Below, piece after piece: positions 28,739 to 38,101 of a stretch of 64,000 nucleotides of DNA (position 1 is the stretch's first letter; every line of letters begins with the position of its first letter). The translations under genes were made by a program, and so were the position numbers. The DNA is from a virus (Duplodnaviria; Caudoviricetes): positions 1-64,000 of the IMG/VR virus record IMGVR_UViG_3300028805_000091; one strand, 5' to 3'. The notes under the pieces were generated by a model. It worked only from the letters and a program-made list of their open reading frames with translations, was not told the origin of the DNA and did not search any database.

Positions 28739-29461
28739 TTAATCTAATTTCATATAGCCTATAAACATACTAGAGCTACTAGAAGAACTACTCGAACACG
28801 AAGATGAAGATGAACAACATGAAGATGAAGAACTACTAGAATAAGCTGTCATTGTATAAACAATTTGATGTGTTTTAGCTGTATCATTTATAATTTTTTC
28901 TAAGTCTTTTAAAAACTCTTTTACATCAGCTGAAGAAATTAATTCGCCTTCAGGAGGTGTTGTTACAGGTTGATAATCACATACACTTTTATACATTCTG
29001 AGTTTTTTTGTTTCTGGAGTTAAAGTGTCAGTAGGACTAGCTACTCCCCATTTTTGTCCTGTTACAAATAAGATATTACTAGTACAAAAGGCTGCTACAT
29101 TATTCCAAAAATTAATTACACCTCTTGTAGTAATTGGTTTATCAGACTTAGTATCGATACTTCTAGCTTGCATAAAACTATTAAAATCACTAGTAACTTT
29201 ACTTACACTCACAACTGGAACAACAGTACTACTTACAATACTAGCTTTAACTCCACAAGCAGCACTAGTAGCACTACCACTTGGATTAAAAGCATTAACA
29301 GTAGATTTAACTACATCTTTATTTGTCCAGCTACTTTTAAAATATGCTGGAACACTACTACTATAATCACTACCAATATTAGTACAACTAGTTTTTAACC
29401 AATTGAGAAAGGTTGAAGTTAATTCACTATATGTTATAATGTTATTAGGATTGATCGCCAT
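28739..29461 (-). CDS. Protein with Ser/Cys-rich C-terminal tract (candidate radical SAM substrate)
   Basis: Ends Y-S7-CC-S5-C-S9-MFIGYMKLD; start adjusted to MAINPN (GAGG RBS). Confidence 0.8.
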   Translation of the reverse strand: MAINPNNIITYSELTSTFLNWLKTSCTNIGSDYSSSVPAYFKSSWTNKDVVKSTVNAFNPSGSATSAACGVKASIVSSTVVPVVSVSKVTSDFNSFMQARSIDTKSDKPITTRGVINFWNNVAAFCTSNILFVTGQKWGVASPTDTLTPETKKLRMYKSVCDYQPVTTPPEGELISSADVKEFLKDLEKIINDTAKTHQIVYTMTAYSSSSSSSCCSSSSSCSSSSSSSSSMFIGYMKLD

Positions 29462-29939
29462 GACTAATATTATCCTCTTCAAGTAATCTTATGTACATAT
29501 CAAATTGCCTACAAAAAGAATATACTATTTCATAATTATCTGCATATAAAACTTCTTGTCCACAAGGTGTATATTTCTTAAAAAGCTTTCCGATAGTTTG
29601 AAAATCTAATAAGAAAAGTACCTTTTTATATCTATCAAAAATAGTCTTAGTTACTTTTTCATCATGTGTTGTACAATGCATAAAACATGATAAATAAATA
29701 CCTAAAAGGTTATTAACATAATTATCCAATTCTTTTTTAATAGCATCTTTTATGTCTATAAATTCCATGGTAGAATTAAACATTACAGATTCATTACTAA
29801 AAAAATCATCAGTAAAACTATTATTACCCTTTATTAAAAGAAAAACATTTAATGCTATTATTGTGTCAACTTCTTCTTCGTTATTAAAAAAGTCTAAAAA
29901 TAACTTTATTTTTTCTTCTTTTGTAAGCTCTTTATACAT
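29445..29939 (-). CDS. Hypothetical protein, first gene of the radical SAM operon
   Basis: AGGAG RBS; 3' end overlaps the start of the Ser/Cys-tail gene. Confidence 0.7.
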   Translation of the reverse strand: MYKELTKEEKIKLFLDFFNNEEEVDTIIALNVFLLIKGNNSFTDDFFSNESVMFNSTMEFIDIKDAIKKELDNYVNNLLGIYLSCFMHCTTHDEKVTKTIFDRYKKVLFLLDFQTIGKLFKKYTPCGQEVLYADNYEIVYSFCRQFDMYIRLLEEDNISHGDQS

Positions 29940-29962
29940 TTTTTAATTCTCCTTTCTACCTT

Positions 29963-29974
29963 ATAGTATAGAAC
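29963..29974 (-). promoter_or_regulatory. Candidate late promoter (GTTCTA motif)
   Basis: GTTCTATACTAT about 30 nt upstream of the start at 29939; the same hexamer precedes many structural genes. Confidence 0.5.
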
Positions 29975-29989
29975 TTTTATATAAATGTG

Positions 29990-30868
29990 CTAATCCAACA
30001 ATTGTTCTTTTAATCGTTTACAATCACATACAAAACACTCATCAGAATCACTATAACATCGTTTAAAATTCTCTGAATGCCCACATAAACTCTTATCAGA
30101 TGAAACATCATCCAATACACCATTATCACTATCATATTTATGTAATATGATTTTTTGATTTAAAAGAAAATTATTACAATATTTTAATAAATATCCCGGC
30201 ATTTGTTCATTTAATTTAATCAATGTATTAAATACTTTTTCTCTTGTTGGAGCGCCTATTACAGTACCAAATTTTATATATGGAATAGTATTTACCATTA
30301 CTTGATGTCTACTTTCATATGTACTTATATCAAAACTATTATCTAAAACATCATTACAAAAATCATCTATTAAAATAATGTTTACATATATAGGTAAATC
30401 TGGATATTTATGTCGTATTTCGTATAGATTATCATAAAATAACTCATCAGAACTATTAGTACCATCATTTCTAAATCTACCATAATTATCACCAGATGTA
30501 GTAAAATGAATACGCCTAATTAAATCAAATTCTTTTGCTTTATCTAATATTGGTACTAATTGAGTATTTATGTCATATAAAATGTTTGTATTAATATATA
30601 ATTGATCTATTTCATTTCTTTTCATTTTATCAAAAGTCAAATCATATAAATCATTTAAACTTTTAATAATAACTTGATTGGTTTCAGCTAAAGTTTCACC
30701 ACCAACATATAAAACATGTGTATCAAATAAATCTGATACAGTTTCTTTAACTAACATTAATGATTCGAGTTTATGCGCTACCGTTTGTTGCTTTTCTTTT
30801 CTTTGCCAGCAAAATTTACAATCATTATTACAGTTATTCCATAAAATAAATTCATTTATTGGTAGCAT
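29990..30868 (-). CDS. Radical SAM protein (paralog 1)
   Basis: WNNCNNDCKFC, YVGGE, TSGDNYGRF, CGH...CYSDSDECFVCD. Confidence 0.85.
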   Translation of the reverse strand: MLPINEFILWNNCNNDCKFCWQRKEKQQTVAHKLESLMLVKETVSDLFDTHVLYVGGETLAETNQVIIKSLNDLYDLTFDKMKRNEIDQLYINTNILYDINTQLVPILDKAKEFDLIRRIHFTTSGDNYGRFRNDGTNSSDELFYDNLYEIRHKYPDLPIYVNIILIDDFCNDVLDNSFDISTYESRHQVMVNTIPYIKFGTVIGAPTREKVFNTLIKLNEQMPGYLLKYCNNFLLNQKIILHKYDSDNGVLDDVSSDKSLCGHSENFKRCYSDSDECFVCDCKRLKEQLLD

Positions 30869-30876
30869 TTATCCCC

Positions 30877-31344
30877 CTATTTTATTTTAAGTGTAACTGA
30901 TATAGATCCTTTTGCTGAATTTTTTCTAACTGTAACACTTAATTTTTTCATTTCTGAGCGTATAATTTCTTTCCAAAAATCTACAACTATATTAGCACAT
31001 TTATTTGAGCTATATTTTATCGTAAAAGTATGTTTTGTAAAGCCATTTTTCTGCAAACATGTCTCTAAAAGGTCTTTAAACTCATTTGACATTTCTGTTA
31101 TGGTATGTGAACGCCAATCTAAAATTGTTGGTAAAGGACATTTTTGCACTAATTCATTTAATTCTCTATGGATATTATAATCAACAATATATTTAGCCAA
31201 ATCATCTTTATTTGCAATAATTCTATTATTTGCACTCTCTAATTGATTTATTGTATATTGAACAGCTTCCGCTACTTTTTCATACCATTCTTCTGTAAAT
31301 ATCGATTCGCAAATATCTTCATTTTGAAAAGGATTATGCTCCAT
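30877..31344 (-). CDS. Hypothetical protein
   Basis: 155-aa ORF upstream of radical SAM paralog 1. Confidence 0.7.
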   Translation of the reverse strand: MEHNPFQNEDICESIFTEEWYEKVAEAVQYTINQLESANNRIIANKDDLAKYIVDYNIHRELNELVQKCPLPTILDWRSHTITEMSNEFKDLLETCLQKNGFTKHTFTIKYSSNKCANIVVDFWKEIIRSEMKKLSVTVRKNSAKGSISVTLKIK

Positions 31345-31417
31345 AAAAAGTATCTACCCTCTTAATTATTTTTATACTATATTTATTAGAATTCAACTAT
31401 TTCTAAAAAGCAGCAAA

Positions 31418-32227
31418 CTATTTTTCCGTTATTATTGATTTTATTAAATTAAGATTTTTAGTACGATCCTCTATACCGTTTAAACCACCATTAATTCTTT
31501 TAGTAATAGTTTTTATATCATCTTTATCAGCAAATGTATTAAGATTATTTTTATTCCAAAACCAGCATGCTGTTTTTACACATACTTCTGGATCAGATGT
31601 AATTAAATCAGGGTTTTTAACTAAGTCTAAATTAAGATCTTGACCACAAGCTTTATAATTATTAGTACCTGTAAGCTGAATAAGCCCACGACCTCTATAA
31701 CGCCAACCATCACCACTCATTTCATTACCATTTCCCATACGATTAGCATATACTTTGTTAGCTATTTTCTCTGGCTGTCTAGCATAAGCATTAGCTTCGA
31801 CATCAGTCTTAAAATATTTTCCAAATACTGACTTCAAAGCTTTAGCTGAATAATTTAAATTTTCACTTTTATATTTAAAATGTCCAGATTCATGAATAAC
31901 TTGTGCTAAAAAATGACTTATACGTAAAGGTGTATTAATTTCATATTGTGGTAATACCTTATTTAAAGCCTCATAATAATAATCACAATCAGCCCTATTT
32001 ACATTACCATTCATTTTATATAATTCTTCACGTAAGAATAACCAAGCCTCTTTTGACTTTTCTTTTTTATTTTTCTCACTAATATCTACTTTTTGAGATT
32101 GAATGGCCGGTTTTGAAGTATTAATATCTACTTTTTCAACCTTTTCATTCTTTTTTTCTTCTTTTTTCTTAAACCAACCAAACATTATACTCACCAGCCT
32201 ATTAAATATCATTTTATATTTTTCCAA
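31418..32227 (-). CDS. Glycoside hydrolase family 19 endolysin
   Basis: FLAQVIHESG, ENLNYS, YANRMGNG, DGWRYRGRGLIQLTG, TKRINGG. Confidence 0.92.
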   Translation of the reverse strand: MEKYKMIFNRLVSIMFGWFKKKEEKKNEKVEKVDINTSKPAIQSQKVDISEKNKKEKSKEAWLFLREELYKMNGNVNRADCDYYYEALNKVLPQYEINTPLRISHFLAQVIHESGHFKYKSENLNYSAKALKSVFGKYFKTDVEANAYARQPEKIANKVYANRMGNGNEMSGDGWRYRGRGLIQLTGTNNYKACGQDLNLDLVKNPDLITSDPEVCVKTACWFWNKNNLNTFADKDDIKTITKRINGGLNGIEDRTKNLNLIKSIITEK

Positions 32228-32243
32228 ATATTAGGTATTTTAT

Positions 32244-32278
32244 AAAATAAAAGGACCGAACTAATTATCCGATCCTTT
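32244..32278 (-). terminator. Rho-independent terminator
   Basis: GGATCGGA-loop-TTCGGTCC followed by TTTTATTTT. Confidence 0.75.
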
Positions 32279-32309
32279 CATTCGAAGTTTTTATAAGAAA
32301 ATTAAATGA

Positions 32310-33026
32310 TTATTTCTTGAAAGCAGCTATTGCAGCAGCTGTAGCTGACATTGTTCTAACCATTTTCTTCTCAGGTTGAGATTTTTTAACAGCTTCGATC
32401 AAAATCTTATTTAATTTTGTAGAGCTTTCATACATCTTCTGAGCAGTTTTATACATTTTCTCATTCTTAGCAGAAGCTTCTTTCAAAGTATCTTCAAATT
32501 TTTTGCCTTCTTCAATAACAGCTTCAAAAACTTTCTTCATTTCAGCAGCATGACCTTTTTCTAAATCAGCAGCTTGTTTTGCTAAGAAATCTTCACACAA
32601 TTTTTTCATATTTACTAACTGCTTTTTATAATTTTCTTCACGAGCAGCAGCTTCTTTTAATTGTGCAAGTAATTCATTTTGAACTTCACTATTTTCTTCA
32701 ACTTTACGGCTAGAAACATTTAATACATCTTTCATACCGTTATCTTCTTTTTTACGTTCAGCTTCAACTTTACCCGGTTCAAGCTTATCAGAATTACCAC
32801 CATCCTTAGAAATACCATCAGCATTAACAGGAATTACTGGACCTTCATCCTTAGCAACTTCTTTTTCAACAGCTTTCTGAGTAGGTAATTCAGAATCTAA
32901 ACCTTTAACACCAGGAGCTACATTAACACCATCAACTTTTTTTGAATCAATATTAGCAATGGTATCTTCAGCCTTTTTAACTTCATTTGCTTCACGCAAA
33001 AGTTTCAAGAAATCTTCTTTCTTCAT
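32310..33026 (-). CDS. Putative prohead scaffolding/core protein
   Basis: Charged coiled-coil protein directly downstream of the prohead protease (gp22-like position). Confidence 0.45.
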   Translation of the reverse strand: MKKEDFLKLLREANEVKKAEDTIANIDSKKVDGVNVAPGVKGLDSELPTQKAVEKEVAKDEGPVIPVNADGISKDGGNSDKLEPGKVEAERKKEDNGMKDVLNVSSRKVEENSEVQNELLAQLKEAAAREENYKKQLVNMKKLCEDFLAKQAADLEKGHAAEMKKVFEAVIEEGKKFEDTLKEASAKNEKMYKTAQKMYESSTKLNKILIEAVKKSQPEKKMVRTMSATAAAIAAFKK

Positions 33027-33138
33027 GATTTAATTTTCCTCAAAAATCTAGATTTTTAACAAAATACAAAATAAAATTAGTTAACTAATTCTCTAATAAT
33101 AGAACTATTTAATAAAAATAGATTAAGTTATATTTATA

Positions 33139-36100
33139 CTATACCTCTTTAGCCATCATAATTGAAGCATCTAAAATAGGCATAATATACATTTGACTTG
33201 CTTTTGCTAAAATAGCATCGCGTCTGTCAATATTATCTTCAGGTAATTCTTCAGCATCCATTACAAAGTCAATACTATCTGGCAAATCATTTACTTTTGA
33301 AAGGAAATCAGCTAAATCAACTGGATCATCAGCTTCCATATTACTTGTCATATCATCAATATATTTGTCTGAATCCCAATCAATATTTGTTAAAGTAATA
33401 TGATATTTACCTTTTTCTTCATTTAATGGTTTATCAATAAATGGATCAGAAGCTTCACCTGGCTTATTATACATTATTTCTGACATATTATTAGATTCAT
33501 TCTTTATACCATCTATATCTTCTTGACTAATATATTCAACCGATATTTGATCTCTAACATCTGCCAATTCTTTATTTAGTTCTTCTTCTGATTCAAATGG
33601 ACCAGTAATACCAATACCCATAGCACCTGCATACCAACCTGGTTCAATGTCTTCATAATGAGGAGCTTCTTCATCAAATTCAAGTCTACCTTCTCTTGAC
33701 TGAATACCTCTTGCACAATGATTACATAACCAACCTAATTTACTTTCATGTCTCATTTCAGATTTTGGTAATCTATCTCCACACCAAGCACAGATAGCAC
33801 TATTTTCTAAATCATATGATAATGAAGGATTATCTTCATTTTCCCAATTACCTTGATCTATTCCACTATAATGATGATCCCACTCTTCAGTACCTTCATC
33901 TAATTCATAAACATTTCTTTCGAAATCTTTATCTTCCATATCTTTTGAAGTTTCATCCCTTTTCCATACTCTTACAGAATATACATCACCAAAAGTTCCA
34001 ATTCTATTCTCTAATTTCTGAGCAGCCTTATCATTAATAAGTTTATTACCTTCAGGAGTAATAATTAAATTTTCTGGATCATCAACACCTAATTCTTCAG
34101 GATATAAAAATACACGGATAAATTCAGGTTTACCACCATTAAATATTGATTGGCCACTTGTTGGATCGGCATTATTATAAATACCCTCTTCATTACCAAA
34201 GTCTAAATTATTAAATAATACAGCTATTTTCCAATCAGCTTTATTATTAGCTTCTTCGATTGGATCACCATCATACATTATATTTGGGGTATTTTTAATA
34301 ATTTCTTTTCTAAAGACTTCTAATTGATCACAAGCATCTTGAGTTGATAATTTTTCATCACGCCAATCACTGAATATAGACCAAATATTATCCATATCTT
34401 CACTACTTATATGACCACCATTTATAAGAAAATCATGAATACAACTCATATATTGCATTGGATCATTATATCGATTACCATCTTCACTAAGTAATACATC
34501 ACCACCAAATTTACCTTGCTCAATACCAGCTTTAGCAACTGCAGCTTGTTCAGGAGTATCAAATTCTTTTTCTACTTTATTATTATCATCAACTTCCATA
34601 GAAAGTTTATTACCATCTTGCTCTAAATCACCAGCAGCTTCCATTTTAACTGACTGCTGCATTCCATTTGTTTTGAATGATCTACTAGCTGGATCATAAA
34701 TTGATTCCTCTCCTGTAGAAGTATCACGTAATTTAATCATTACTTGAGCTACAGAATCTTGTTTAGATTTCATATCCCATAAGTTAGCTATTTCATTTAA
34801 AATAGATTCTGTCTCAACAGCAGATACTGGTACAGTTTCAGAAGAATGGCCATTTTTACCATCTATTTCAACAATAGCTTCATAACGTGTATTACTACCA
34901 TTTTCTTCTGTCATCGGAGCTGCAATATCACTATTTTCTACTTTAACACCTGCATTTTCGGCAGCTTGAATATTAACATCATCTGGAGCAGATATATCAG
35001 CATTATCTTTTTTATAATATTTTTCTGTTTTTAATATGCCCATAGTTTCAAGAATCTTTTCAATACCAGACAAATGAACTACACCAGACTCTTCTTTACC
35101 TTTAACAAAATGTATAGCATCTTTAGGGTCTTCAACAAAATCTATAGCATTACCATTCATTGCGACAAACTTAGGTTTACTATTCTCATCTGTTTCAGTA
35201 TCTTCTTTAACACGTAATACAAATTGTTTACCTTCTTTAGGATCTTCCTCTTTAGTAGCTTCTGTCATAACTGATTCCTCAACCGGTGCTGTTCTCATAT
35301 ATTCAAGTAAATATTCATATGGAATATTTTCATTTTGTTCACAGAACTTACGACAAGCTTGTTCAAGTGTTAATCCTTCATTCCACATTAAACTGATAAC
35401 TGCATCATGAATCCAATCAACAGATTGCGGAGTAAATTCATGTACATCATATTCAGTATCTTTACTTTCTGACATATTATTACCATTAATATATGCTTCC
35501 AATTTATCTAACATAGCATCTAAAGATTCATCTGTTTTTCTAGGATCTAATACTGCTGCAACATAAGCATCCATCATTTCTTGAGCATCTTCTCTTTCTT
35601 GACCAGAAAGCTTATTGTTATTAATCATATTATCAAGATAATCGTAAACTTTAGCACATCTTTGAGTACGTATATCTGTTGCTTCTTTCATAGAAACAGA
35701 TTCACCCCATAATTTCTTTTGGACTTCAGCTGCAATATCACCTAAAGCAATTTTAGTATCTAATGCACTATTTTCACCACGTTCAAATTTAGCAAAAATA
35801 TTCTCTGCTTGTTGGCGTAAAATATCTGATTCTGGTAAATTACTAATAATGAAATTATATTGTCTTTGTGCCATATTTTCAGCCACTTTTTCAGGACTAC
35901 CGACATGATTTGCGTTATATTCACCAGAAATTGTACCCATAGAATCATTCATTTCAGATTCTGGAATATAATCTTCATTCATATCTTGACCATTTGCATA
36001 ATTTAAATAAGTCTGATCAACTCCAGCATCAACCAAAGACTTATAAGAACGTTGCCATTCCATAGCATTATGATCATCACTATTACGAAGCTCGGCAGAT

Positions 36101-37131
36101 ACTCTCCATAACTCTTTTTCATCAGGACCAGTTATTTCAACACCCTTAATGTCAACTATTTTCTTTAAGCCAAGATTTTTATCATCTTCATTTAAAACAT
36201 CATCTGTATCATTTTCAACTGATTCTTTAGGTTGTTCCTCTTTAACTACTTCAATTGTAACAGAATCAATATCAGCTTTACCATTTAAAATGGCTCTTTT
36301 AGCCATACCCAAAGCTTGATCTAATTCAGAAACTTCATCTTCTGTTTCAGTTTCTAATGTTACCATAGTTGTTTCTGCACCAGTTTTTGGATCAACTTCT
36401 GAATCCAACTTAGTAGATGTTTTTACAACCGAACCAAATTGAGCATCATCTATGTTTTTAGATAACATTAAAGCGTCATCTATATTACGTACTACATTTG
36501 TAGCAGAAGAAGATACAACAAAAGTCTCTGTAAGAGGTTTAGAAGTAATTTCAACTGATTCATTAACCGGTGTAGATAAAAATGTACCACTTGATGGTAA
36601 ACCAACAACATCAGTACCTAGAAATTCATATTCAGTAACAACACCACTATTATCACAAGAACCTAAACCACGTATAGAAATACCTGCTCCAAATCCAGCC
36701 AAAATTAAAGATTGTAATTGAGCTCCTTGTTCACTCTTATCATCTAAAACTTCCCAATCTTCATATAAAACATTATAACGTTCTCTTTTACCTTCAATCT
36801 CAATTTCTACATTTTTAATATAGGCATTTACGACAGCATGAGAAACATCTGAAGGAATGCAAAAACTTGATTCTGGATGGTCTTTACATTGACTTAAGCA
36901 CTGTTTAGTCTTAAACTTAGAAGCTGCTTCAGCAATAGCTTTACGCATAATATCAGTAGGATATATACGTCCATTCTGATTTTTTCTATCTAATACAGTA
37001 CACGGAATGTTTTTAACAACTAAAATACCACCTTTACCGGCAGATAAACGCAATGATTCTTTTAAATCATGGCTTACTTCAAAGCAATTTATAAAATCGC
37101 CTGCTTCAACGAGTAATTTTTTCTCAGACAT
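33139..37131 (-). CDS. Prohead protease (T4 gp21-like) fused to a long acidic extension
   Basis: NQNGRIYP, KDHP, VSH, GISIRGLGS and DVVGLPS in the first ~190 aa; CAWC...CNHC Zn finger near the C-terminus. Confidence 0.8.
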   Translation of the reverse strand: MSEKKLLVEAGDFINCFEVSHDLKESLRLSAGKGGILVVKNIPCTVLDRKNQNGRIYPTDIMRKAIAEAASKFKTKQCLSQCKDHPESSFCIPSDVSHAVVNAYIKNVEIEIEGKRERYNVLYEDWEVLDDKSEQGAQLQSLILAGFGAGISIRGLGSCDNSGVVTEYEFLGTDVVGLPSSGTFLSTPVNESVEITSKPLTETFVVSSSATNVVRNIDDALMLSKNIDDAQFGSVVKTSTKLDSEVDPKTGAETTMVTLETETEDEVSELDQALGMAKRAILNGKADIDSVTIEVVKEEQPKESVENDTDDVLNEDDKNLGLKKIVDIKGVEITGPDEKELWRVSAELRNSDDHNAMEWQRSYKSLVDAGVDQTYLNYANGQDMNEDYIPESEMNDSMGTISGEYNANHVGSPEKVAENMAQRQYNFIISNLPESDILRQQAENIFAKFERGENSALDTKIALGDIAAEVQKKLWGESVSMKEATDIRTQRCAKVYDYLDNMINNNKLSGQEREDAQEMMDAYVAAVLDPRKTDESLDAMLDKLEAYINGNNMSESKDTEYDVHEFTPQSVDWIHDAVISLMWNEGLTLEQACRKFCEQNENIPYEYLLEYMRTAPVEESVMTEATKEEDPKEGKQFVLRVKEDTETDENSKPKFVAMNGNAIDFVEDPKDAIHFVKGKEESGVVHLSGIEKILETMGILKTEKYYKKDNADISAPDDVNIQAAENAGVKVENSDIAAPMTEENGSNTRYEAIVEIDGKNGHSSETVPVSAVETESILNEIANLWDMKSKQDSVAQVMIKLRDTSTGEESIYDPASRSFKTNGMQQSVKMEAAGDLEQDGNKLSMEVDDNNKVEKEFDTPEQAAVAKAGIEQGKFGGDVLLSEDGNRYNDPMQYMSCIHDFLINGGHISSEDMDNIWSIFSDWRDEKLSTQDACDQLEVFRKEIIKNTPNIMYDGDPIEEANNKADWKIAVLFNNLDFGNEEGIYNNADPTSGQSIFNGGKPEFIRVFLYPEELGVDDPENLIITPEGNKLINDKAAQKLENRIGTFGDVYSVRVWKRDETSKDMEDKDFERNVYELDEGTEEWDHHYSGIDQGNWENEDNPSLSYDLENSAICAWCGDRLPKSEMRHESKLGWLCNHCARGIQSREGRLEFDEEAPHYEDIEPGWYAGAMGIGITGPFESEEELNKELADVRDQISVEYISQEDIDGIKNESNNMSEIMYNKPGEASDPFIDKPLNEEKGKYHITLTNIDWDSDKYIDDMTSNMEADDPVDLADFLSKVNDLPDSIDFVMDAEELPEDNIDRRDAILAKASQMYIMPILDASIMMAKEV

Positions 37132-37218
37132 GAAAGGATCCTAAAAAATATAATTTAAACTTAAGTTAATTTATAGAACTTTTATATTTAAGTAAAGAGA
37201 AACCCCTCTGTTTTTATA

Positions 37219-37256
37219 TAAAAGAAAAGAGGTTGTAAATTTCTTTTCAACCTCCT
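37219..37256 (-). terminator. Rho-independent terminator
   Basis: GAGGTTG/CAACCTC stem followed by TTTTCTTTT. Confidence 0.7.
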
Positions 37257-37281
37257 TAATATAATTAATATATCTATCAGA

Positions 37282-38085
37282 TTATGACCAAGTAGCCTGT
37301 TGAGCAACTAAAGCATGATTTTTAACAGAATCGAGTTGTTCATGTAATCTTTCTAATCTTTTTTGTAAAGCATCTGTTGAAATTTTAAAGTCTGCCTCAA
37401 ATTGAACACCATCACGAGCCTGAATAATAGCCTCGATAAATCTGTATGAAATAAACTTAGACAAAATATCAACTTTAGAAAAATCAGCATATTCTGGATC
37501 ATCATAACCAACGGCTACTTGAATTGATAATTGACCTATACCAAAAGGTGGAGTTATAACTAATCTTTGTCTACTATTGTCTAATACATATGAAGGTTGA
37601 CCTGTTGATAAATCATCATACGTATTATTAAGTAAAATTTTCATTGGATCTGTAGCAAATTGAGCAGTAGTCATATTATACCCAAACATTTGCAAGCTCC
37701 ATAATGATGGATTCGAATAGTTACCAAAATATGGTCTTTCCATACGAATTACGCCAAGAAAATATGCATGCTCTAAATCTTCATCAGCAATTGCTGGAAC
37801 TGCACCTGTTAATAAGTCATCGTAATAAATAAAAGTTTCACCATTTTCTACATGTGGAGGAGTAACACCAGTCCAAGAAAAAGTACCAGTAGCATCACCT
37901 GTTGTACTATATGTAGTAACATAATTTAAACGTAATGGAAATGTACGAAAATAATCTAAACAACCTAACTCAATAGCTCTATCACGTAATAAAGATTCTT
38001 TTTCACTAATCTGTAAATTAGGATTAGCTAAATCTAAATCTAAAGCTGAATTTATTAAATGACGCATACGGCCTATCTTAACCAT
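37282..38085 (-). CDS. Putative neck/head-completion protein (gp13-like)
   Basis: Size, location in the head region and general motif resemblance only. Confidence 0.35.
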   Translation of the reverse strand: MVKIGRMRHLINSALDLDLANPNLQISEKESLLRDRAIELGCLDYFRTFPLRLNYVTTYSTTGDATGTFSWTGVTPPHVENGETFIYYDDLLTGAVPAIADEDLEHAYFLGVIRMERPYFGNYSNPSLWSLQMFGYNMTTAQFATDPMKILLNNTYDDLSTGQPSYVLDNSRQRLVITPPFGIGQLSIQVAVGYDDPEYADFSKVDILSKFISYRFIEAIIQARDGVQFEADFKISTDALQKRLERLHEQLDSVKNHALVAQQATWS

Positions 38086-38101
38086 AACTCTATATCCTTG
38101 A

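Noticed and set aside
28769-28840. Ser tract as a simple DNA microsatellite
   Set aside because: It uses mixed TCN and AGY codons with interspersed Cys, so there is no single repeated nucleotide unit.
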